Source of the DNA: a virus
Lineage: Duplodnaviria; Caudoviricetes
IMG/VR virus record: IMGVR_UViG_3300005077_000712
Coordinates: 1-64,000 of that record
DNA: 64,000 bases
Direction: 5' to 3' (one strand)
In this document: positions 34,056 through 42,500 of the stretch, in pieces
Numbering within the stretch: position 1 is the stretch's first letter
Layout: each line of letters starts with the position of its first letter
The notes under the pieces: generated by a model
Told to the model about the DNA's origin: nothing
Databases searched by the model: none
Seen by the model: the letters and a program-made list of their open reading frames with translations, nothing else
Position numbers and translations under genes: made by a program

Positions 34056-34279
34056 AACATTGCCATCGACTTGTTGCTTGTACCAATCCGCTCCCTCGCA
34101 AAATATGTGCATAGAAATACTTTCCTCAACGCCATATCTTTTGGCCAGCCACTGATATTTTTAATACGTTGTTTATTCAAATCCCCCGCATAATGGTCGG
34201 GCAACGATCCGCTAACACGGCGTAAAACGAAAGCCGTCTTTATTATCTCAATTATCTTTCTGTACCATGTAGTTTTCAT
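34022..34279 (-). CDS. Cassette ORF, hypothetical
   Basis: GGAG SD; spans attC arms. Confidence 0.45.
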   Translation of the reverse strand: MKTTWYRKIIEIIKTAFVLRRVSGSLPDHYAGDLNKQRIKNISGWPKDMALRKVFLCTYFARERIGTSNKSMAMFANYSSVNEER

Positions 34280-34334
34280 CTTGATTAAACTCCTTGTATT
34301 ATCGGCCTATCGTTTACGCCGGAATAGTTAGGCG
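34210..34334 (-). repeat. attC-like site with ORF start in its loop
   Basis: cgctaac-acggcgtaaaacga...tcgtttacgccgg-aata-gttaggc. Confidence 0.75.
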
Positions 34335-34534
34335 ACATTGCCAAACCCTTTTATGTATTTAATACATTCTTGGAATCCAGCCACAAAATATACTTGTTCC
34401 TTTTCTGATATATTTAGTCCCTCGCTTATTCTTACTGCAATACCACCTGCTTCATAAATATTTGGCAACGGTCGCCTAACAGGGCGTATATTCAATTTCG
34501 CCCTTATTGCGTTAGTAGTATTACTTGACCTCAT
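34328..34534 (-). CDS. Cassette ORF, hypothetical
   Basis: Stop inside GCCTAAC; AGGGGA SD. Confidence 0.6.
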   Translation of the reverse strand: MRSSNTTNAIRAKLNIRPVRRPLPNIYEAGGIAVRISEGLNISEKEQVYFVAGFQECIKYIKGFGNVA

Positions 34535-34600
34535 AAACTTATCCCTTTAATATGATTATTTCTATCATGCGAAACTAAACATACGCCCCATCAGTTATAT
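34474..34600 (-). repeat. attC-like site with ORF start in its loop
   Basis: gcctaac-agggcgtat...atacgccc-catca-gttatat. Confidence 0.7.
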
Positions 34601-34608
34601 GACATGGC

Positions 34609-35148
34609 TTAACTCTGGCTCGCCTTCCGTGGCTCGCTTTTTATTATCCTATCAAAACATATTTGTTTCGGCAATAAACCTCTACAAATATAAACACTCG
34701 AAAACGGAGGATTCAAACTCGGTTTTTGTTCTGTATAATCTTTAAAATATGCCACCCTTTTATTAAAATAAAGTATTTCAAAATCATTTGCTTCAAACAT
34801 AGAAAATCTTTTTTCAGACTCGAATAATCCTACAACTCCAACAAGCATAGCAAATTTTTTATTCAACTTAAACAGTCTATCAAATACTTCGCCTTTTAAA
34901 CTATAAGGAGGATTTGAAATAATAACATCACAATCAATATCAATATTAAAAAAATCATCACCGTTTGAAATATGCGTATTTTTTACGGCATTGCCATTAT
35001 TCTTTAGCATCTTTACAAAGTTACTTTCGTTCGTATCAAATGGACACCATACTGCTAAATTTGAATTTACATATTTCAATAAAGGCTCAATAGCATATTC
35101 AGGTGTATAAAATTCATCCTGTTTTTTTGTAATTAAGTCAAGTTTCAT
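34609..35148 (-). CDS. Cassette ORF, adenine methyltransferase-like protein
   Basis: DEFYTP, WCPFD, DFF and ISNPPYS motifs; start MKLD after GGAG. Confidence 0.75.
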   Translation of the reverse strand: MKLDLITKKQDEFYTPEYAIEPLLKYVNSNLAVWCPFDTNESNFVKMLKNNGNAVKNTHISNGDDFFNIDIDCDVIISNPPYSLKGEVFDRLFKLNKKFAMLVGVVGLFESEKRFSMFEANDFEILYFNKRVAYFKDYTEQKPSLNPPFSSVYICRGLLPKQICFDRIIKSEPRKASQS

Positions 35149-35215
35149 AAACTCTCCATACGTGTTCGGCATCCTGCCTCACACTAAATATATTTTTTGT
35201 TACAATCGCCACGTC

Positions 35216-35281
35216 ATATAACAACGGGTAAGCGTTCGCTTCACACACCCTTCGGGTGTCGCTTACCCTGTTCAGTTGTAC
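35216..35281 (-). repeat. attC site
   Basis: atataac-aacgggtaagcg...cgcttaccc(t)gtt-ca-gttgtac. Confidence 0.85.
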
Positions 35282-35291
35282 GAAAGACGGC

Positions 35292-35498
35292 TTAACCCCC
35301 ACCATAAACATAAAAACCTTCTGCATCTTTAATCTCTCTCGGCTCAAGCGATAAATCAGCATGGGTATATCCCAACTTTTCAAGAACAAGTTTTCTCGCT
35401 TGCTCTGAATTTTCAGCATATGCGAAGGCTATGCCTGCTGTATAATCTCTTAATACATTTTCCCATACATATAATTTTAATTTACTTATTGCTTCCAT
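35292..35498 (-). CDS. Cassette ORF, hypothetical
   Basis: KLYVWENVL...AFAYAE...YGGG; followed by an attC. Confidence 0.7.
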   Translation of the reverse strand: MEAISKLKLYVWENVLRDYTAGIAFAYAENSEQARKLVLEKLGYTHADLSLEPREIKDAEGFYVYGGG

Positions 35499-35556
35499 AC
35501 TAAATTACCTCACTTTATATTTTACTTTCAATGCGTATTCTCATAGCCTTGAATAG

Positions 35557-35826
35557 TTAGCTAAAATGCTCGCTAACTTCTGCCATTTCAATATCATATT
35601 CTAATTCCATTTGCTTAGCTCCATACCCATTAGACATCCAGTCTATAATATCTGTAAGTTTAGAAACTCTTTCTCGCAATGCTCGCACTTCAGCTAACAC
35701 GGTGTCATGCGTCATTGATTCCCTACATTTATTACAATATATAATTCCTATTGGATCACCATAATCTTTTCCACATTTAACATAATCGCTATGACAATAT
35801 CTTAATAAGGCACCACATCCCTTCAT
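35557..35826 (-). CDS. Cassette ORF, hypothetical
   Basis: GGGAGG SD; stop inside AGCTAAC. Confidence 0.65.
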   Translation of the reverse strand: MKGCGALLRYCHSDYVKCGKDYGDPIGIIYCNKCRESMTHDTVLAEVRALRERVSKLTDIIDWMSNGYGAKQMELEYDIEMAEVSEHFS

Positions 35827-35883
35827 AATATCCTCCCTTGAATATCAACGACGCATACGCAGTCTCAGTTAGGCGAAAGACGG

Positions 35884-36120
35884 CTAAACCTTTCGTATTT
35901 CAAAATTTATTATCGAATATTTAAAATAAGCAATAAACAGTCTATATAATGCTATTATCAATAATTCTGTACTATAGATTCTCCACCCCGGATCGCCAAT
36001 GTTTACACATAAAACTTGATATTTCCATCCATAACTTTCTCCTTTTAGTCGCCGTCCTTCGCCCAACACTCGGCAAACGCCATGAGTACACAGCGTCTGC
36101 CTCAGCATGTTAGCAGCCAT
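35884..36120 (-). CDS. Cassette ORF, hypothetical (start uncertain)
   Basis: N-terminal part runs through an attC. Confidence 0.35.
   Translation of the reverse strand: MAANMLRQTLCTHGVCRVLGEGRRLKGESYGWKYQVLCVNIGDPGWRIYSTELLIIALYRLFIAYFKYSIINFEIRKV
36061..36115 (-). repeat. attC site
   Basis: gcccaac-actcggcaaacgc...gcgtctgcctcagcat-gttagca. Confidence 0.75.
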
Positions 36121-36352
36121 TTAAGACAAAAAACTTTTTAGCCTTATCTCTGAACTTGCCAACTCCAGATAATCTTACCATAAAATCATCACCTATGGCT
36201 TCAATAAACTCACCTTCTTTTAAGTGTGGTTCATCTCCAATCGCACTTTCATAAATCGGATAGAATAAACGGCTGCTAACAGCAGGTATATTCAATGCCG
36301 AGCATCGAGTGTAATCAGAGTTTAGTTTTTCAATCAAGCCTTGTGTTGTCAT
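36110..36352 (-). CDS. Cassette ORF, hypothetical
   Basis: ALNIPAVSS is encoded by an attC arm; stop inside TGCTAAC. Confidence 0.65.
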   Translation of the reverse strand: MTTQGLIEKLNSDYTRCSALNIPAVSSRLFYPIYESAIGDEPHLKEGEFIEAIGDDFMVRLSGVGKFRDKAKKFFVLNGC

Positions 36353-36413
36353 ATAATTTTGTATTTCAAATTTGGCACTAAATATACCTGCTCATACGCT
36401 TAAAAAGTTAGCA
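36274..36413 (-). repeat. attC-like site with ORF start in its loop
   Basis: tgctaac-agcaggtatatt...aatatacctgct...gttagca; same family as 32871. Confidence 0.75.
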
Positions 36414-36424
36414 GAAATAACCGC

Positions 36425-36602
36425 CTAATCTTTAGTGATAATCTTATATGTATAGTAATCACTATCTTTAAACATATTCATTCTATTCTTATATAAATCT
36501 TTTAAAGATTGCTCAACTCTTTCTTTTGCTTTCTTGCCACGAAATATTTTATATAATTTATATTCATCAAATGGATTTACTCGTCTTAATATTCTATACT
36601 CC
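36425..36602 (-). CDS. Cassette ORF, hypothetical
   Basis: MEYRILRR start after GGAGGGAG. Confidence 0.55.
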
Positions 36603-36633
36603 ATATACTCCCTCCTTTGATGGCGGTTACATC

Positions 36634-36687
36634 CGCTAACATCGAGCAAGCGACATTGAAACGATCACCTACCTTTTTTAGTTAGAC
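36634..36687 (-). repeat. attC-like site, degenerate copy of 36893
   Basis: cgctaac-atcgagcaagcgacattgaaacgatcacctacc...tta-gttagac. Confidence 0.65.
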
Positions 36688-36691
36688 GTAA

Positions 36692-36858
36692 TTATTCGCC
36701 AACTTTTTCTGATGATTTAGCTCCACCGCACATCCCCATTATCATTGATAATTGTCCTATCATCTGCAATCCAAGTTCTTCATGACTTTTACTTTTCGGT
36801 ATGCTATTTATTGCACACTCGCATAACTCAATTATTTTATCATATACATCATCTTTCA
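36692..36858 (-). CDS. Cassette ORF, hypothetical
   Basis: MKDDVYDK start after GGAGG. Confidence 0.55.
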
Positions 36859-36892
36859 TTTTAATCCTCCTGTAATAATGGCGAATAACTAC

Positions 36893-36946
36893 GCCTAACA
36901 TCGGGCAAGCGACATTAAAACGGTCGCCTGCTCTGTTTAGTTAGGC
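36893..36946 (-). repeat. attC site
   Basis: gcctaac-atcgggcaagcgac-attaaaacg-gtcgcctgctctg-ttta-gttaggc. Confidence 0.8.
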
Positions 36947-37156
36947 GAAACGGCTTAAAAATATTTCCATCATTTTGACCGCCTCTTCTCTATCACTGTT
37001 TTTTTCTCCCTCTGATAAATATTTATATTCTGTTTTCATTTGTCTTTTCCATCTATCAACTGCCCACTTCGGAATAACTAAATTTTTCTCTCCGTCTGGT
37101 TCTGCTAATGTTGGCTCAAGATAAATCTCATAGCACTTGCTAAATAAATACTGCAT
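36941..37156 (-). CDS. Cassette ORF, conserved phage hypothetical
   Basis: IPKWAVDRWKRQMKTEY...EKNSDREEA; stop inside GCCTAAC. Confidence 0.7.
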   Translation of the reverse strand: MQYLFSKCYEIYLEPTLAEPDGEKNLVIPKWAVDRWKRQMKTEYKYLSEGEKNSDREEAVKMMEIFLSRFA

Positions 37157-37165
37157 CCATCCAGA

Positions 37166-37418
37166 CTATTGACTATGCGCAAATGCGGCCAGCTCCTCTT
37201 TTAGTTCAGCCGTATCGCATAACACAGCATTAGACGAAAGAGGCTTTTCGCATTCTACCGCTTTATCCAGTATCCTATTCAATGGATCAGAATAATCTTT
37301 ATTTTTTAAATACTCTATATCTTTCTCCATCCTTTCTATTCTCTCTGTTAACGCTCGCACTTCAGCTAACAGAGATATTTGATATAATTTTAAAATAGAT
37401 TCTCTCAAATCATCCATA
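37166..37418 (-). CDS. Cassette ORF, hypothetical
   Basis: MDDLRES start after GAGGAGGG. Confidence 0.55.
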
Positions 37419-37460
37419 TATTCCCTCCTCAAATTTTCGCATATTCTCAATATGTTGTAC
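37364..37460 (-). repeat. Degenerate attC-like site
   Basis: agctaac...gttgtacgaaagac; weak arms. Confidence 0.5.
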
Positions 37461-37671
37461 GAAAGACTGCTCAATCTTTTTTATATTTTAATTCTAACTC
37501 TTTATAAAAACTACATATTGCACAACAATCTAACCCACAATCACAAAATGTTCGTTTGCCAGTTTTAATATATTCTTCTTCAATCCAATCTTGATAACAA
37601 GCCCAACATTCTCCGTGTCCACAACCGCATCTCTTTTCCATTAGCTAACCCCCTTCTATTCGTTGCCCTTC

Positions 37672-37739
37672 GTACAACACTTGCTAAATGCCACTTCGCT
37701 ACATGGCTTTGATACGTTGTTTAGCTCTGCATGTTGTGC
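37672..37739 (-). repeat. attC site, same family as 33646
   Basis: gtacaac-acttgctaaa...gtttagctctgcat-gttgtgc. Confidence 0.85.
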
Positions 37740-37750
37740 GAAATTGCGCC

Positions 37751-38125
37751 TCACTCACTGCTCTTAAAATCTTCTTCTGGACTAAACCAATCGTTGTTAA
37801 CGATATGACCTATCGCATGCACCTTGCTATGCTCGCACTTTACCCGTATTGTTTTACCCTTCAACTGACTCCATTTTGAAACTTCCGCTATCTGCATTAC
37901 CCTGAAAATAAAATGTCCCGCTACAGACTCTAACTTGTAGTGCGTAAAGCTTTTCGGCAAATATAGCGCATACCCTCCAAACCCCTGACCGATCCCGCCA
38001 TAATTAAGATTCACCCACGCAGACAGACACCCGTGGTCATCATTTGTAATTTCCGCTGACTCAATAATCGCATTTCTGATTTCTAATTCCATTTCTAATC
38101 TCCTATTAATTAAGCAACGCCTCAA
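37751..38125 (-). CDS. Cassette ORF, conserved phage hypothetical
   Basis: DHGCLSAW...QGFGGYAL; followed by an attC; true start probably MELEIR. Confidence 0.7.
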   Translation of the reverse strand: MRRCLINRRLEMELEIRNAIIESAEITNDDHGCLSAWVNLNYGGIGQGFGGYALYLPKSFTHYKLESVAGHFIFRVMQIAEVSKWSQLKGKTIRVKCEHSKVHAIGHIVNNDWFSPEEDFKSSE

Positions 38126-38137
38126 ATACCATCTCTG

Positions 38138-38776
38138 TTAGTCGGCATTGCTTAAATATTTTTCTAATTCTTTTTCAAGTGCTATTACAATTCTCTCCAA
38201 ACTTGCTCTGGTATGCTCCCTGAAATTATCTTCTCGTAACAGTATTTTCATTGTATCAAGTTGAGTCATAAGATGGATAAAATCAACTTGTTCTATCAAA
38301 ACTTTGCCTAATAAAGAATCATGAGTTTCAGCTTTCGGCAAATTTTGAGGAATTACTTTATTTATTAAATCTTCTATTCGCTGACATAGTTCTGGTCTAT
38401 TATCAGCATAATCTTCCAAAAGTCCATTTACAATAATTTTTGATACTTCTCTTGAATCTATTTTTTTATCCCCTCTTCTATACTCGTTTAAAAAATCATA
38501 GACATCTGACATTGATTCAAACTGTTTATGATAATCTTTAAATTTTTCATTAAAAGAATTTAATTGATCTTTTTCACATTGTTTTTCAAATTCAGGATCT
38601 TCAAGTTTTTTAGTATAAAAATCTGTTAGTCCACTACATATACCACATCCACCGTCACCATATTTCCCATGTTCGCACCAACCATTATCTGTTGATAAAT
38701 CTTTTTCCTCTTGCATTGCTTTATCTATTCCTTTTTGAACTTTAGATTTATCATATTTTAAATCTTCTATTTTCAT
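38138..38776 (-). CDS. Hypothetical protein
   Basis: 212 aa; stop inside GACTAAC. Confidence 0.65.
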   Translation of the reverse strand: MKIEDLKYDKSKVQKGIDKAMQEEKDLSTDNGWCEHGKYGDGGCGICSGLTDFYTKKLEDPEFEKQCEKDQLNSFNEKFKDYHKQFESMSDVYDFLNEYRRGDKKIDSREVSKIIVNGLLEDYADNRPELCQRIEDLINKVIPQNLPKAETHDSLLGKVLIEQVDFIHLMTQLDTMKILLREDNFREHTRASLERIVIALEKELEKYLSNAD

Positions 38777-38780
38777 TTCT

Positions 38781-39869
38781 TTATTGCTTCTCTTCTTTCA
38801 ATAAAAATTCAGGATTAATTACTTTAAAACTTGTAAATGGAAGATCTATACTCCTAAACACAAGCCCTTCTCTATCTTTAAGAGTATTAAGGACACTCTT
38901 TCCATAACTTTCTTTTACAACACTATTTACATCAGAAAAAATAAATTTTTTTGTATCAATAATTGGAACAAGTTTTAAACCTGTTTCGTCTATAAATCTA
39001 ATAATTTCATTATATTGAAAATATTCATTTTTGTCAATATTAAATACATTAAATATATAGAACTCATTTTCTTTTAACTCATAAGGATTACCTTGAATCT
39101 TTGGCCCAATAATTTCACCTTGAATGGCAATATTCATTTTATGCTTTTTACTATATTCTTTAAGAATAAAATCAATATTATATTTTTTAGCTATATTAAA
39201 ATAAGCATTATCTTTACTATTTGAAAGATTAATATTTCTTGAAGCAAATCCAAATTTACCTTTATTAAACCAAAAAGAAGAACTCATACCATCAAGTTTT
39301 TCAGTTAAATAAAATACCCTGTTCTGATTATTCCATATAATAGATGGAATAGATTGTATTCTTGTTTCATCAGTTTTTCTAATAAATGATGGGAATCCCT
39401 TCTCTTTATCCTCAAAAAATTTAAAATAAATTGTTCTAAATACTTTAAACTTAAAAAAGAATTTAAAGAGTTTAGATTTCTTATGATTAGTATTAAAAGC
39501 TGTTTGTTCTTCAACTAATTGAGGATCATATTTTTTAATACCAAGTATATCAGTAATATCAACACCTTCTTTAGCAACTATTTTAAAGCCACTATCTCTT
39601 AATGATTGAATAGGAATTATAAGTCCCTGACTGATCTGACCACGAAGTTTAATTATTCTAACACGATATTTTCTTTCTTCAAGAAATTCAAACATAGGTA
39701 TTTGAGGGACTATAGAATCAGTCTCCATATAGCAAACAAGATCACCAACATTAAATTCACCTTTTTTAACTACAACTTCCCATCCAAGGACTTGAGCTAC
39801 TTCAATTTTATCTGCTCCTTCAATTGGACGTATTGATATTATTTTTTGTATGGTTGCTAATTGTCTCAT
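38781..39869 (-). CDS. RNA ligase, DRB0094/Rnl5 family
   Basis: N-terminal IRPIEGADKIE OB-like domain; KTDETR, TEKLDG, QGEIIG, EGLV and FKVIN motifs. Confidence 0.88.
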   Translation of the reverse strand: MRQLATIQKIISIRPIEGADKIEVAQVLGWEVVVKKGEFNVGDLVCYMETDSIVPQIPMFEFLEERKYRVRIIKLRGQISQGLIIPIQSLRDSGFKIVAKEGVDITDILGIKKYDPQLVEEQTAFNTNHKKSKLFKFFFKFKVFRTIYFKFFEDKEKGFPSFIRKTDETRIQSIPSIIWNNQNRVFYLTEKLDGMSSSFWFNKGKFGFASRNINLSNSKDNAYFNIAKKYNIDFILKEYSKKHKMNIAIQGEIIGPKIQGNPYELKENEFYIFNVFNIDKNEYFQYNEIIRFIDETGLKLVPIIDTKKFIFSDVNSVVKESYGKSVLNTLKDREGLVFRSIDLPFTSFKVINPEFLLKEEKQ

Positions 39870-39871
39870 TT

Positions 39872-40225
39872 TTATACCTCATTTATTATTTCATTTGCAA
39901 TTAATAATGCACATTGTTCACATCTTGTTACTAAATCAATTTTTGATTTATTTATATCAACTTTATACTTTCTTTGGTATTCTGATAAATAAGAAATATC
40001 AGGGATTATATAAGGACTTTTATGATTCATTCCTCTTCTTAACATTTCTTCTGCTAATTCATCATGTCTTGTTTGCATTGATTCAGGCTCAATTTGACCT
40101 AATTCAATTCTTTTATTTATAGAGTGCTTTTTCTCGAAGTTATGCTTATGTTTATGAATTTCTCCATGTTCACCAATGAGATGTTTATTACAAAGTAATT
40201 TTGGGTCTACCATCCACATTCTCAT
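39872..40225 (-). CDS. Pyrimidine-dimer DNA glycosylase (DenV-like)
   Basis: MRMWMVDPKLLCNKHLIGEHGEIH...EMLRRG. Confidence 0.75.
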   Translation of the reverse strand: MRMWMVDPKLLCNKHLIGEHGEIHKHKHNFEKKHSINKRIELGQIEPESMQTRHDELAEEMLRRGMNHKSPYIIPDISYLSEYQRKYKVDINKSKIDLVTRCEQCALLIANEIINEV

Positions 40226-42098
40226 TTATTCCTAACCTATCCTCAATAATTTTACAATATTCTTCACTTAATTCACAACCAATTGCATTTCTATTTAATT
40301 CCTTTGCAACAACTAATGTAGTACCTGCACCTGCAAATGGGTCAAGAATTGTATCATCTATATATGAAAACATTTTTATACATCTTTTTGCAAGTTCTTT
40401 TGGAAACATTGCAGGATGCCCAATTTTTTTCATCTGTGTCTCAGGTGGAAATTTCCACAAAGCTAATGACCAATCTATAAATTCTTCTTTAGTTAAATCA
40501 GTTTCACCTTTTCTGTTTAACTTCTTATCTTCTTTTGCAAATACTAATATATGCTCAAAAGGTGTTGGAAAGGATGGGCAAGATGGCGACATAAATGAAC
40601 CCCAGGAACAATTATGGAATATTACTTTACCACTATAACTTTCATCTTCTTCTACTTGCAAATTGCAAACATCAATGTTTTCCACATATTCTTTTGTAAT
40701 TTCTTTTATTTTATAAAAGCCATAATGACTTCCTATTTTGCTTTTATTATATCTATATTTAAAATTATTATTTATATCTTCATTTAAGACATTTTTTTTT
40801 ATTTTATCAATAAATTTTCCATATATTCGTAACACATAAGCATCACTATTACCTTTTATAATTCTTCCACTTTGTAACATTGTATCTCTATTATTTTTTT
40901 TATAAACAGAAGATAATATTTTAAGTCTTAATAAAATATCTCTTATTTGGTAACATAGTTCTTTAGAAATGGAAACATAACCAACTTCTGTTTCACTAAT
41001 ATACCCATCACTTCTTATTAATCCTTTTATTAATTGTTTTTGTAAAAAAAATGGTGCTTGAAATAAAAATGGATGTATCTTTTTATTTTTTGCTAATTTA
41101 CCACCTAAAACTTCTAAAATTTTAGGCAAAACTTTTTTTGATGATATACAAATACGATTTAAATTTTCTCTTTTTTCATAAAAAAAACTCCAATTAAATT
41201 CTTTACAAATATTTTCAACATCTTTACAATAATTCGTTTCATTTAGACCAAAATCTATTCTTATTGTTGTATCTTTATGCGTAGATCCATCACCTATATA
41301 ATAACCTAATAATCTAAAAAAACCTTCAGAGTAATAATTTATTTTTTCGTTAGTTATTTTAGATAATCGTTCATTAAAATTTTCAACATTCCCATGATAT
41401 TGAGTTGTATATTTTGGAACTATTGCATACCACTCACCGTTATTATATAATTCTTCTGGAGTTTTCCACAAAAAATTCCAATTTACTCTTTTTTTTGGAG
41501 TATATTTTCCACATCTTCTTTCTAATGGGGAAACATAAATTTTATGACCTTCAGTTAATACAATATCTTCTCCAAAACTTGATTTTATCTTATAAATAAA
41601 CCCACTATATTTATTTCTAAATATATTTTCAACTTTTTTAAATCTTCTATTATGAGTTAAAACTTTATCACCAATTTTTATATTTTGTATTTCTATATAA
41701 CCATTATCTGTATTTATCAATTCATCAGGTAATAAACACCTATTCCCAACTTGAGACTTTTCCCATATAATATGTGTCATTGGTATATATGTTAAATTAA
41801 CCATAAATTGAATTATATCAGAACTAGTCGGGACTCCACCGTTGCGGCCATCACCAATATTTATAACTACACGACCACCTTTAACAAGTTTCATATATAT
41901 AAGAAAAAATATAGATTTAAGCCAATTAATATATTCTTTATGGTCTTTATTATCATTATAAAGATTATAAGGATTTTTATTATATTTATTATTTCCTAAA
42001 TCAACATTGTATGGTGGAGATGTAACAACTAAATGCACACTATCATCTTGAATAGTGTGCAAAGTTTTAAAGCAATCTCCTTGTAATATTTGTATCAT
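40188..42098 (-). CDS. DNA N4-C/N6-A methyltransferase containing an intein
   Basis: VTSPPYN, HPAMFP and DPFAGAGTT motifs; start MIQIL overlaps the upstream stop. Confidence 0.88.
   Translation of the reverse strand: MIQILQGDCFKTLHTIQDDSVHLVVTSPPYNVDLGNNKYNKNPYNLYNDNKDHKEYINWLKSIFFLIYMKLVKGGRVVINIGDGRNGGVPTSSDIIQFMVNLTYIPMTHIIWEKSQVGNRCLLPDELINTDNGYIEIQNIKIGDKVLTHNRRFKKVENIFRNKYSGFIYKIKSSFGEDIVLTEGHKIYVSPLERRCGKYTPKKRVNWNFLWKTPEELYNNGEWYAIVPKYTTQYHGNVENFNERLSKITNEKINYYSEGFFRLLGYYIGDGSTHKDTTIRIDFGLNETNYCKDVENICKEFNWSFFYEKRENLNRICISSKKVLPKILEVLGGKLAKNKKIHPFLFQAPFFLQKQLIKGLIRSDGYISETEVGYVSISKELCYQIRDILLRLKILSSVYKKNNRDTMLQSGRIIKGNSDAYVLRIYGKFIDKIKKNVLNEDINNNFKYRYNKSKIGSHYGFYKIKEITKEYVENIDVCNLQVEEDESYSGKVIFHNCSWGSFMSPSCPSFPTPFEHILVFAKEDKKLNRKGETDLTKEEFIDWSLALWKFPPETQMKKIGHPAMFPKELAKRCIKMFSYIDDTILDPFAGAGTTLVVAKELNRNAIGCELSEEYCKIIEDRLGINENVDGRPKITL
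40611..41738 (-). mobile_element. Intein (376 aa) with LAGLIDADG endonuclease
   Basis: NR|CLLPDELI...LGYYIGDG...GLIRSDG...VIFHN|C. Confidence 0.9.
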
Positions 42099-42475
42099 TT
42101 TGCAAAATTCCATTTACTTGAATAATCTATAGTTTCGTATTCACCAAGTTTTATTTCTTGATTTATATTTTGTAAAACTATTTGTAACGCTATTTTTGTT
42201 TCTAAATGCAATTTATCTAATTCTTTTTCCTGTTCTTCTGTAAGATCGCTATCATCATCTTTTGATCTCAATTCAAGTATTTCAGCTATATCTCTAATAA
42301 CATCAGAATTACCATAAGGACGTTTACAATTTATTGAAGGCGCACCATATTCACAGTCCCACCAACTTACATACATATTTCTTAATAGTATAAGATGTTC
42401 TTCTCTTAAAATAAATGTTTTTTTATTCATATCTTCCTCTTTTTTGATAAAAAAAATGTCGCACTGGTGCGACAA
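42095..42475 (-). CDS. Conserved phage hypothetical protein
   Basis: APSINCKRPYGNS motif. Confidence 0.7.
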   Translation of the reverse strand: MSHQCDIFFIKKEEDMNKKTFILREEHLILLRNMYVSWWDCEYGAPSINCKRPYGNSDVIRDIAEILELRSKDDDSDLTEEQEKELDKLHLETKIALQIVLQNINQEIKLGEYETIDYSSKWNFAK

Positions 42476-42500
42476 AACACCTAATGCGACATTTTTTGTT

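Larger units (their letters stand above)
32709..38145 (-). mobile_element. Integron-like gene cassette array (attC cluster; no integrase in window)
   Basis: About 13 RYYYAAC...GTTRRRY-bounded imperfect hairpins between short co-oriented ORFs; many stops fall in GCCTAAC/GCTAAC; visibly GC-richer than flanks. Confidence 0.8.

Noticed and set aside
32709-38145. CRISPR array
   Set aside because: The repeats are heterogeneous palindromes of 54-140 bp separated by whole ORFs, not constant repeats with 30-40 bp spacers; no cas genes
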